From: Pyrobaculum calidifontis JCM 11548
GTDB taxonomy: Archaea; Thermoproteota; Thermoprotei; Thermoproteales; Thermoproteaceae
Reading direction: 5' to 3'
Assembly: GCF_000015805.1 (NCBI RefSeq)
Contig: NC_009073.1
Span: 1,350,001-1,382,000 of the forward strand
Length of the DNA: 32,000 bases
Shown in pieces: positions 7,831 to 15,551 of the stretch (the stretch's first letter is position 1; each line of letters opens with the position of its first letter). The notes below the pieces were generated by a model. It ran no database searches, was not told where the DNA came from, and saw nothing but the letters and a program-made list of their open reading frames with translations. Made by a program: the position numbers and the translations under genes.

Positions 7831-8322
7831 GCCCTCAGTGGAAGTACTTGTCAACGCCTTTTTAAGCTCTAGGAAATACGCGTCGCTGTCTAGCTCGAAC
7901 TGGTCTATCAAGTCCTCAATGTTTCCAGCAGTTAAGTTTTCCACAAAGGTCTTAAACCCCATCGCGGCGTAGACCACCTCCCCCTCCTGTTTTATTGGGA
8001 AGAGGAAGGGCGCCGGGTTGCCGAACTTCTCCACAGAGAACCTAGTCGTGGCGTCCTCCAGCTCCTCCACGTTGGAGACGCCCTCAAGGCGCCTCACGTC
8101 GTCCAGGTTCAAGAAGGCCAAGGCGTAGCCCTCCTCAGTCTTCAAGGCAGTGACAAGGTAGGGCCTGGGCCTACCCGGGAGGGAGAGGATGTAGGTGGCC
8201 TCGGCCCCCTCCTCCAGCTTCGCCAGCTCGTGGACCAAGTCCTCTACCTCCCCCAGCTCCTCAACTCCGTGGTTAAACCTAAGCCTTAGTAAAAAGTCCC
8301 CAATTATGTCGTAGATGCTCAC
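7822..8322 (-). CDS. Uncharacterised ~166-aa protein translationally coupled to dsrB copy 2 (orfX2)
   Basis: 4-nt overlap with the dsrB2 stop. Divergent homolog of 437..928. Confidence 0.6.
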   Translation of the reverse strand: MSIYDIIGDFLLRLRFNHGVEELGEVEDLVHELAKLEEGAEATYILSLPGRPRPYLVTALKTEEGYALAFLNLDDVRRLEGVSNVEELEDATTRFSVEKFGNPAPFLFPIKQEGEVVYAAMGFKTFVENLTAGNIEDLIDQFELDSDAYFLELKKALTSTSTEGVE

Positions 8323-9419
8323 GCCAAGAACTGCCTTATGCCGAACTCGCCCTCAAATTTCACGGGCTTATTCCACTTGGTGACTGGGATGTTCAACATC
8401 TCGTAGAACTTCTCCATGCCAATTCTGTGCACCCAGTCGCCCAGCCTCTCCCCCTCCCTGGCGTTCTGCCTCCACACGTCGATTATCTTCTTCACCACGG
8501 CCACGATTTCCCTATACGCGGGCGGGATGGCTGGCACCCAGGGTATTACCTGCACCGAGGGGAGCGGGCCTCTGCCTGTGTTGCTCGCCTTGCCGCCTAT
8601 GAGCACGGCCACTCCGGCCTTGCTCTGGTCGAAGTCAATCCAGTCACAGACGTCGCGGCAGCGGCCGCAGGCGATGCACTTGGACCTAATTATGTCGAGG
8701 CCCACAGAGCCGTCGGGTTTTCCATACACCTTTATGGCGTTGGTGGGGCACACCTCGGCCACCTCTGGCACGTGGCCGGCCTCCAGGGCCTTGGCGGACT
8801 TGGGGAGGCAGAGTTTTATCCTCTCGGGGTCGTAGGTGGGGGCGTCTCCGTAGTGGCCCACCAGGTTTATGTCCGCTGTGAACCCGCCGCAACTGCTGGG
8901 GCAACCAGAGACGTTTATCCTAAGCTTCGCCGGGAGAGTTATCTCGCCTGTGAAGTAGGGCTTAAGCGCGTCGTAGAGAACCTTGGTAATGCTGGGCGCG
9001 TCCACCACCGCTGTGGTGCACGTCAGAAAGGCAGTACAGCTGTTTATAGACCATATGGTGGGGCCCCAGCCTCCCACTGGGAAGCCCAGCTTCTCCACGG
9101 CCTCCTTGATCTTAAGCGCGTTCTCTAGAGAGTCTGCCATGAACTCCACGTTTCCGTTTCTGGTAATCCTCAGCGCCCCGATGCCGTAGGTGTCAGCGAT
9201 TTCGACAAACTTCTTGAGAGTGTCGACGCTGACCCGGAAGTTGGGCGGCGTGCCCACCTTCACTGTGAATATCCTCTCCCCAGTGGCAGAGACGTGCTCA
9301 ATTATGCCGTAGCCGTGGAACTTCCTATCCACCCACTTGCCCAAATTCCGCTTCAGCGCCTCCGGCAGCCAGTCGGTGTAGGGTACTGGGAGCCTCTTCT
9401 TAAACCTCTCAGCGCTCAT
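8319..9419 (-). CDS. dsrB: Dissimilatory sulfite reductase-type protein, beta subunit (copy 2)
   Basis: CTAFLTC and SGCPSSC motifs. Ferredoxin insert CPTNA...CIACGRCRDVC. 4-nt overlap with dsrA2. Confidence 0.85.
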   Translation of the reverse strand: MSAERFKKRLPVPYTDWLPEALKRNLGKWVDRKFHGYGIIEHVSATGERIFTVKVGTPPNFRVSVDTLKKFVEIADTYGIGALRITRNGNVEFMADSLENALKIKEAVEKLGFPVGGWGPTIWSINSCTAFLTCTTAVVDAPSITKVLYDALKPYFTGEITLPAKLRINVSGCPSSCGGFTADINLVGHYGDAPTYDPERIKLCLPKSAKALEAGHVPEVAEVCPTNAIKVYGKPDGSVGLDIIRSKCIACGRCRDVCDWIDFDQSKAGVAVLIGGKASNTGRGPLPSVQVIPWVPAIPPAYREIVAVVKKIIDVWRQNAREGERLGDWVHRIGMEKFYEMLNIPVTKWNKPVKFEGEFGIRQFLA

Positions 9420-10654
9420 AGCTTGTACTCAGCCACTATCTTGTTGACCCAGTCTAGCCACATCTTCCTCTCCTCGTCGTCGAGCACCGCGCCCGCCCTA
9501 AGCGACGGGTGTAAGGTGGGCTTGCCCTGCGGCTTCACCTTCACCACCTCCTCGAGGTAGCGCTTGAAGCCTACCTTCATGATGAAGTCCCCAATCCTGT
9601 CCTTGTGCTTAACCATGCCCTTCTCCATGCCCTCCATCCAAGCCTCGACAGTCTTCACCACCCAGTCCGCGGCCTCCTTGTAGTCGTTGACTATGGCCAA
9701 GGGCTTGGACATCTTTCCGCCAAATCTGCCCTTGACGTGGCCGCCCACGAGCACCGCAATCTTCCTGTTTTTGCCTGGCTTTATGGCTGGGAAGGCTGTG
9801 CGGATGCAGTGCATAGACTTTTTGCACTTGCTCCCGTCTATCACGAGCTCTTTCTTCTCGGCGTCCCACCTAATGGCGCCGCTGGGACAATTGGCGGCAA
9901 GCTTCACCGGGTCCACAACCCCCCTCTCCACAAGCTCCCTAAACTTAGCCTGATCCACCTCAGGAGCACCCTCCCAGATGCCTATAAAGCCGAAGTCGGC
10001 GCGGTGCACTGCCCTAGTGCAGTCGAATGGGCATCCCGAGAACTTGGCCTTGAATTTGAAGGGGAACAGCTGGTTGCTCATCCACTCGTATATCTTGGGG
10101 TGGGTTAAGAAGTAGTCCCGCGCCGCGAGGGTGTCGTATAGGGCGAACTCGCAGAGGGCGGGCCCGACGCACGTGGCCAGCTCTCTGATGGTGTCGCCGG
10201 TGGCCCCCACGTCTGTTCCAATGGCCCTCAAGGCGTCGATGGCCTCATCCGCCTTCTCCGGCTGGATGGAGATAATCATCATCCCCTGTTGGCCGGCCAG
10301 CTCCACGAGGCCTAGGCCGTACTTTTCAATGAACTCGATCAGCTGGCGGAGCTTCTGCGTGGTGTATATCTGGCCCGAGGGCTGCCATACTCTGAAGTGG
10401 AGCTCCGCGTATTTTCCATCCCTGGTCCTCCTGGCGATGAAGCCAGTGTAGACGAACCGTATCTTGGCGGAGCCAGCGGCCCACATGGTCTTCCTAGCCG
10501 CCAGCCCCGCCCCGTAGGCGTCTATGGGGTAGTTGGTCTTCTTGAGCTCCGCCACGTGGCTCGGCCAAGGCCCCTTCTCGTAGTACTCAAGGATGCGGCG
10601 CCCCTCTTCTGCATATGCGTCAACAGTTAGGGGCTTTTTCTCAACAGTTTCCAT
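9416..10654 (-). CDS. dsrA: Dissimilatory sulfite reductase-type protein, alpha subunit (copy 2)
   Basis: CVGPALC and SGCPFDC motifs. The ferredoxin-like insert is identical to copy 1 over ~70 aa. TATA is 22 nt upstream of the ATG. Confidence 0.85.
   Translation of the reverse strand: METVEKKPLTVDAYAEEGRRILEYYEKGPWPSHVAELKKTNYPIDAYGAGLAARKTMWAAGSAKIRFVYTGFIARRTRDGKYAELHFRVWQPSGQIYTTQKLRQLIEFIEKYGLGLVELAGQQGMMIISIQPEKADEAIDALRAIGTDVGATGDTIRELATCVGPALCEFALYDTLAARDYFLTHPKIYEWMSNQLFPFKFKAKFSGCPFDCTRAVHRADFGFIGIWEGAPEVDQAKFRELVERGVVDPVKLAANCPSGAIRWDAEKKELVIDGSKCKKSMHCIRTAFPAIKPGKNRKIAVLVGGHVKGRFGGKMSKPLAIVNDYKEAADWVVKTVEAWMEGMEKGMVKHKDRIGDFIMKVGFKRYLEEVVKVKPQGKPTLHPSLRAGAVLDDEERKMWLDWVNKIVAEYKL
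9771..9976. repeat. Partner of the 2424..2629 near-identical tract
   Basis: Same as above. The antisense ORFs 2352..2606 and 9687..9953 give identical peptide strings across it. Confidence 0.8.
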
Positions 10655-10670
10655 GGTAACCCATGGTTTT

Positions 10671-10692
10671 GTTTAAAAATTCCTTATTCCCC
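10671..10692 (-). promoter_or_regulatory. GGAATAA-box plus TATA promoter of dsrA copy 2
   Basis: Minus strand reads GGGGAATAAGGAATTTTTAAAC. TATA is ~22 nt upstream of the ATG at 10654. Confidence 0.55.
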
Positions 10693-10736
10693 TTTTCTGT
10701 GCAATACAGCAATAAATACCCCACATAGGTATATAC

Positions 10737-11546
10737 ATGCCCACTGTGGTAATAACCTCGGGGAGGGCACACAAGGCGGACCTCCTGGCCAAGATGTTGA
10801 CCAGGGCAGGCATAGAGCCTGTCTACCTCCCCGTGGTAAAGATAGGAGAGGCCGGGGGTGCGGACGTGGCGAAGTTCATCGACGAGATATCCCACTTCGA
10901 CGTCTTCATATTCATGACTGGGCAGTCGGTTGCAAGCTTAGTGCAAGAGGCTAAGAGGGCTGGGCTAGAGCAGAGGCTTAGGGAGGCCCTCTCCAGGATG
11001 ACTATTCTGTGTAGGGGCAGCAAGGCCGCTGGCAACGTGAAATCTCTCCTAGGCCTCACCTGCGCCGTGGTGGAGGAGACCTCGGAGGAGCTGTTGAAGG
11101 TTGCTGAGAGAACGCTTGAGGGGAAGAGGGTGGCCATATCGTTCTACGGGTACCTAGACGACGAGTTTCTGCGGGAGGTGCAGAAGAGGGCCGCAGAGGT
11201 GAAGTACATACAGACCTACAGGACAGAGCTTGAGGAAAATGCGGCAGAGATAGCGAAGCTGGTCTTGGCGGGGGAGGCAGACGTGGTGGTCTTCACAAGC
11301 GCTCTGGCCTGCAACAGCTTTTTCACACAGCTCAGCGCCCTAGGCCTAGCCGAAAAAGTGGCCAACCGGTTTAGGTCGGGCGCCGTTAAGCTGGCGGCGG
11401 TGGGGCCAGTCACGGCAGAAGAGTGCAAAAAATTTGGCGTAGAGCCGCACATTGTGCCAGAAAAGCCCTTCTTGGCGTATCTCGGCGAGGCCATCATAAG
11501 GCACTTAAAACCAACGCTGAACACCGACAGCGTGAGGACACAATAG
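10737..11546 (+). CDS. hemD: Uroporphyrinogen-III synthase (HemD-like)
   Basis: Two-lobed pattern VVITSGR...FDVFIFMTGQSV and ADVVVFTSALACNSF...LAAVGPVTA is typical of HemD. TATA aataaata is 22 nt upstream. Confidence 0.6.
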   Translation: MPTVVITSGRAHKADLLAKMLTRAGIEPVYLPVVKIGEAGGADVAKFIDEISHFDVFIFMTGQSVASLVQEAKRAGLEQRLREALSRMTILCRGSKAAGNVKSLLGLTCAVVEETSEELLKVAERTLEGKRVAISFYGYLDDEFLREVQKRAAEVKYIQTYRTELEENAAEIAKLVLAGEADVVVFTSALACNSFFTQLSALGLAEKVANRFRSGAVKLAAVGPVTAEECKKFGVEPHIVPEKPFLAYLGEAIIRHLKPTLNTDSVRTQ

Positions 11547-11553
11547 CGGCCTC

Positions 11554-12948
11554 TCAGCCTGCGCAACAGGAGAGTTTTGTCACATCTTTGTAGAAGGCCA
11601 GCGCGGCTAGTCTGGCGGCTTCGCCGAAGGTGGGAAACGCGGGTATCATATCAGCAATGTCGTCCACCGTTAGGCCGTGGGCCACCGCCATGGCGAAGAT
11701 GTGTATCAGCTCCTCTGCCTGCGGCGCGGCGGCCACCGCGCCGGCTATTTTCCCGCCGCGCATGGAGATGCGCCACGTCTGGGGGTAGGTGTTTATCTTT
11801 ATGAAGCCGTCCAGGCGCCCGGAGGCCCACGCGGCGGCCACCGCGGATACGGGGGCCAGCCGGCAGACGCAACCCACTCCGCTTTTCAACATGTCCTCCT
11901 CCCTCATCCCCACGGAGGCCACGGGTGGGTCTGTGAAGACGACGCGGGGGACGTGCAGTGGGTTAAACCTGGCGTCGCCCCCTAGCGCGTTTATGGCCGC
12001 CACCACGCCCTGCCTCGCCGCGGCGTTTTCTAGATATCTCCCGCCGGGCAGTCCCCCCGTGACGTCCCCCGCCGCATATACTCCGGGGAGGCTGGTCTCC
12101 ATCCTCTCGTTCACCTTCACCGAGCCCTCCGGGTTCAGCTCCACGAGCCCCCCGGCTGCCTCTGAGTTCGGCCTTCTCCCAGCGGCGATGAAGAGAGCCT
12201 CTCCCCTCGCCCTAGACCCCTCCCGCCCCACCACCTCCACGCCGCCGTCCACGCGCCGCACTGCCACAGCCTCGTCGTGTATCACCTCGACCCCCTCCTC
12301 CCTCAGCACCTCCTCCACGAAGTGGGACGCCACCTCCTCCTCGTACTTCAACAGTCTGCCCCTCGTGAATATGGCGGTCTTAACCCCCAGCCTGTTGAGG
12401 GCTTGGGCCAGCTCCACGGACACGGCGCCGCCGCCTATGAACACCACGCTGGAGGGCTCCCCAAGCTCAAACAAGCTCTCGTTGGTGTAGTACCTCACCT
12501 CCTCCAGCCCCTTTATCGCCGGGACGGCGGGCCTGGCCCCCGTGGCTATCAACACCCGCCTGGCCTCTATCGTCCTATCCCCCACCTTTACCGCGTTGGC
12601 AGAGGCGAGAACGCCGAAGCCCTCAACGTAGTCTATGCCGTAGTACTCCAGGAGGTCTATGTACTTCTCCTGCCTAAGCCTCTCCACCACGCCGGCGGCG
12701 CCCCTCAAGAGGTCCCCAAGGCGGACCTCCACCGTTGCCTTGACGCCGGGGTAGTACCCCATCTTCGCCCTGTGGACAACCTCAGCCGCCTTGGCCAAGT
12801 ACTTGGTGGGGACACACCCCACGTTGACACAGGTCCCCCCGGGGGGCAGGCCGGCGTTAACCATGACCACCTTGGCGCCCAGCTCAGCCGCCTTTATAGC
12901 CGCGGCAAAGCCCGCGGAGCCTCCCCCCAAGACGCAGAGGTCGTACAC
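11554..12948 (-). CDS. merA: Mercuric reductase-type class I pyridine nucleotide-disulfide oxidoreductase (core MerA, no NmerA domain)
   Basis: GGGSAG FAD motif. Redox centre GGTCVNVGCVPTK. C-terminal KLSCCAG vicinal Cys pair characteristic of MerA. Confidence 0.7.
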   Translation of the reverse strand: MYDLCVLGGGSAGFAAAIKAAELGAKVVMVNAGLPPGGTCVNVGCVPTKYLAKAAEVVHRAKMGYYPGVKATVEVRLGDLLRGAAGVVERLRQEKYIDLLEYYGIDYVEGFGVLASANAVKVGDRTIEARRVLIATGARPAVPAIKGLEEVRYYTNESLFELGEPSSVVFIGGGAVSVELAQALNRLGVKTAIFTRGRLLKYEEEVASHFVEEVLREEGVEVIHDEAVAVRRVDGGVEVVGREGSRARGEALFIAAGRRPNSEAAGGLVELNPEGSVKVNERMETSLPGVYAAGDVTGGLPGGRYLENAAARQGVVAAINALGGDARFNPLHVPRVVFTDPPVASVGMREEDMLKSGVGCVCRLAPVSAVAAAWASGRLDGFIKINTYPQTWRISMRGGKIAGAVAAAPQAEELIHIFAMAVAHGLTVDDIADMIPAFPTFGEAARLAALAFYKDVTKLSCCAG

Positions 12949-12951
12949 GCC

Positions 12952-13329
12952 CTAGCCCTCCCCCCTGTTTATATTCCTTACGCACGCCAAGGCCCTTTCC
13001 ACAAAGGACCTGGCGGCTCTGTCGAAGAACTCCTTTCCAAGGAAGTTCAAGAGGCCCGTCTGCCTCCCCTTGAACCGCCACTTGCCCCCCGCCACGGAGA
13101 GCTCGAAGTTGTTCACAGTGCCCAGCCCCTCCAGCCTCCCCTCTAAGACGAGGGGGCTCTGGGAGAGGACGCGGAGGTAGAGCTTGACCTCCCCCGCGCC
13201 GAATGGCCCAGAGGCGGCGTAGACGCGGTACTCCCCCTCCTGCCCCCTAGGCGTAAATCCGAGGCACTGCGCCATTTCGTCTACGTCCACGTGGGACAGC
13301 TCGGCCTCCCCCTCGTAGTAGAGCTCCAC
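12952..13329 (-). CDS. Hypothetical protein (125 aa) immediately upstream of merA
   Basis: 3-nt gap to the merA start and 12-nt gap after the hemD-like gene. No recognisable domain. Confidence 0.45.
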   Translation of the reverse strand: MELYYEGEAELSHVDVDEMAQCLGFTPRGQEGEYRVYAASGPFGAGEVKLYLRVLSQSPLVLEGRLEGLGTVNNFELSVAGGKWRFKGRQTGLLNFLGKEFFDRAARSFVERALACVRNINRGEG

Positions 13330-13341
13330 GGGGGCAGAAGT

Positions 13342-14049
13342 CTACCCCCTTATAAGCGATGCCACGAACTTCGCCACGTCGCCCAGCCTCCCCGAGGGCG
13401 GCACCACCGCCTCTATGCCGTACTTGGCCAAGGCCTTTGCCACCGCGGGGCCCGCCGCCACGTTTACGGCGCGCCTCAGCCTCTCCGCCACGGGGAGGCC
13501 GTAGGGGTTCTCCACGGCGTACTCCACAGCCACCCCGCTGAAGAAGACGTACACGTCGCCGCCGGGCTCCACGAGCAGGCGCATCTTGTCCAAGTCCTCT
13601 GGAACGGCGTCGTAGAGCTGGAAGTGGGCCACTGAGCCGCACAGCGCCTCAAGCGCCTCGGCCAACTCCCTGTGGAACTCTCCGTGGTGAAACACCACGG
13701 CGGCGCCGCAGCCCCTAGCCCACGCCGCCACCTCCTCCCAAGTCTGGCCAGGGTAGGCCTCGACCCCGAACTTGTTCTTCACCATGACAGCCCCCTTCGC
13801 CCCCTCCGCCGTGGCCACAGCCCTGCCCGCAAACAATGCGCCTGCCCCATGCAACACCTCGGCCAACCTATACGCAACGGCCCCCGAGACAAAAACCACG
13901 TGGGTAGCCCCCGCCAAGGCCTTCGCCACCTCCTCCGCAGAGATAGACCGAGGCACCAGCTTCACCACCGGCGCCGCCACGACTCTCTCCCGCCCCAGCA
14001 CTCTCACAAACAGCTCCACCGCCCTGGGACTAGTCACCACCACCCGCAC
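13342..14049 (-). CDS. HemD-like (uroporphyrinogen-III synthase family) protein, second copy
   Basis: GTG start. VVVTSPRA...THVVFVSGAVAYRL...DVYVFFSGVAVEYA...VAAGPAVAKAL follows the HemD two-lobe pattern. Weak family, so the call is tentative. Confidence 0.45.
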   Translation of the reverse strand: MRVVVTSPRAVELFVRVLGRERVVAAPVVKLVPRSISAEEVAKALAGATHVVFVSGAVAYRLAEVLHGAGALFAGRAVATAEGAKGAVMVKNKFGVEAYPGQTWEEVAAWARGCGAAVVFHHGEFHRELAEALEALCGSVAHFQLYDAVPEDLDKMRLLVEPGGDVYVFFSGVAVEYAVENPYGLPVAERLRRAVNVAAGPAVAKALAKYGIEAVVPPSGRLGDVAKFVASLIRG

Positions 14050-14168
14050 GGCGTAACTGCGATATTACGAGAAAAAGCTATCGCGCCCAACGGCGTCCAG
14101 CCAACGCCGCGGCCGTGCAGGCTCGGCCAACCCCAGCCACGGCAGTAGAGCGCCGGGTGAGCGTTGGG

Positions 14169-14774
14169 CTACTTTGCCTCCCTCTCCCTGGCCTTTACCA
14201 CCAAGATTCCGGGGGCCGTCACTTGTTCCACCACCTCGTAGCCGTAGGAGTCGAAGAGGCATTTAGCCGCGGCGGCGTTTACCTCCACGGCCTCCAAGCT
14301 GTAGCCCACTCCTACTATCTCCAAAACCGCCTCGCCCTTCGACACCTTGAGCTCAAAACGCTTCGCGGGGACTATCTTGGCCAAGTAGGGCACGAGCTGG
14401 GACACCTCCTCTAGCCCTCCGAAGGTGGCCCTCAAGTAGCTACCCAGCATCCTCCCCGCCTCGCACCAGACCTTAAGCGCGCCCTCCTTGTCCTTCCTGT
14501 AGTGCTCAGCCACGATTGAGTCGAGGAGGCGGCCTGGGATAGGCACAATCTCCAGCTCCACCATCAGCTTGTAGAACTGGAGGAGCTCCCTTATCTGCGA
14601 GACCCTGTACCCCGCCTTGACTGCCTCAAGCCCCACTGTGAGTATGTCGTTGGCAAGGGCGAACTGGGTCATGCCGAGGGACTCCGCCACGTTCCCCAAC
14701 TCCTCAGCCACCTCCCTAGCCACAGCTATGTTTACCCTATCCCTCTTTACACTCACATGTCCACTAATACCCAC
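14169..14774 (-). CDS. RHH-like N-terminal domain protein, paralog A of an uncharacterised family
   Basis: Homologous to 28235..28807 (RVNIAVAREVAEEL.../...YKLMVELEIVPIPGRLLD versus FRLVELALAFDVVPVPLPLLE). An in-frame GTG at 14756 fits the TATA spacing better than 14774. Confidence 0.5.
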   Translation of the reverse strand: MGISGHVSVKRDRVNIAVAREVAEELGNVAESLGMTQFALANDILTVGLEAVKAGYRVSQIRELLQFYKLMVELEIVPIPGRLLDSIVAEHYRKDKEGALKVWCEAGRMLGSYLRATFGGLEEVSQLVPYLAKIVPAKRFELKVSKGEAVLEIVGVGYSLEAVEVNAAAAKCLFDSYGYEVVEQVTAPGILVVKAREREAK

Positions 14775-14784
14775 CTATATAAAC
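14775..14784. promoter_or_regulatory. Shared TATA element (ctatataaac) between divergent RHH-like gene and PaREP1 gene
   Basis: Only 23 nt separate the two annotated starts. This single A/T-rich box is the only candidate TATA for both. Confidence 0.35.
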
Positions 14785-14797
14785 TTTACAGATACAC

Positions 14798-15340
14798 ATG
14801 TACACCGGCTCGCCCAGCCGAGACAAGCTTATAAGGCACACCGCACTGCCGCACGTGGAAGAGCTCGCCAAGCCTTGGCTTAACCTTGAGGCGTACAGAG
14901 AGGCCAGAGTCAGGGAGGCCGTGTACGAGGCCGAGCTGGCTGAGGAGTTTCTCAAAAGTGGGCTAGTCAGAAACGCCGCTGGGAAGGCCTTCCAGGCGTG
15001 GAAGTCCCTCCTGGGCGCACTGCTGGTCGATAAGATTGAGGAGGTGGAGAAGGCGTACCCCGGCGTTGTGAGAATCAGGGAGGGGAAGAGGATTAAGAAG
15101 GCCCTTTGGGTCATAGCGCTGGTGCCCACTTCCCAGATGAAAAAGCTCGCCCAACTCCTCGGCGGCGAGGAAAGCGCCTTGACATCTATAGCGCTAGACC
15201 TACACAGCTACCAGTACAACGGCCCAGACCCAGAGGGAATATACAGCCCATACCCAGACGAGAAGAGCGCGCAGAGAGATGTAGAAATCCTCGTCGGCAA
15301 AGTCAAAGAATATGTTGCAAAGCTTCCCCGTCGGAGCTAG
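14798..15340 (+). CDS. PaREP1-family protein
   Basis: LAKPWLNLEAY...AELAEEFLKSGLVRNAAGKAFQAWKSLLGALL resembles the PaREP1 repeated-protein family of Pyrobaculum and other Crenarchaeota. Confidence 0.55.
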   Translation: MYTGSPSRDKLIRHTALPHVEELAKPWLNLEAYREARVREAVYEAELAEEFLKSGLVRNAAGKAFQAWKSLLGALLVDKIEEVEKAYPGVVRIREGKRIKKALWVIALVPTSQMKKLAQLLGGEESALTSIALDLHSYQYNGPDPEGIYSPYPDEKSAQRDVEILVGKVKEYVAKLPRRS

Positions 15341-15373
15341 ACGCCGCGCGGCTACGTTAAGACACAAAGCATT

Positions 15374-15422
15374 GGTCTATCTCTAACCTCTGCCTAGTGC
15401 GGTTAGTCGCCCACGGTAGACC
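15374..15422. other. Nested hairpin in a convergent intergenic region
   Basis: GGTCTA (15374-15379) pairs with TAGACC (15417-15422). Inner stem CTAACC (15383-15388) pairs with GGTTAG (15401-15406). Confidence 0.3.
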
Positions 15423-15551
15423 AAGAGCCCATCTTATCCTGGAGACCCGAGCCGTAGAGAAGCACGTCACTACAGCAACCATGGACGGCGGAGACCCAGC
15501 GTAGGGGACCCCGTGAAGCACGACTCGTCTGGCGCCGGCGGCCCAGGCGCA

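Noticed and set aside
8427-9128. 233-aa plus-strand ORF (with 8416..8835 and 8983..9189) opposite dsrB copy 2
   Set aside because: It is antisense to a gene with strong motif support. The translation is low-complexity and rich in G/A/H/R/L/P, as is typical of shadow ORFs in high-GC DNA. There is no promoter.
11554-12948. Alternative call of the 464-aa flavoprotein as dihydrolipoamide dehydrogenase or glutathione reductase
   Set aside because: The C-terminal SCCAG vicinal cysteine pair and the CVNVGCVPTK centre fit MerA specifically. No 2-oxoacid dehydrogenase E1/E2 genes are nearby. The MerA call is kept, with the functional caveat given in the findings.
11789-13146. Long plus-strand ORFs 11789..12490 (233 aa) and 12277..13146 (289 aa)
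   Set aside because: Both are antisense to merA and orf125. Their S/T/P/A- or H/L/P/G-rich composition has no domain features. These are shadow ORFs.
13247-13642. 131-aa Arg/Gly-rich ORF, and ORFs 13359..13541 and 13672..14148
   Set aside because: They are alternative frames or strands of the HemD-like gene with extreme R/G/P composition. Shadow ORFs.
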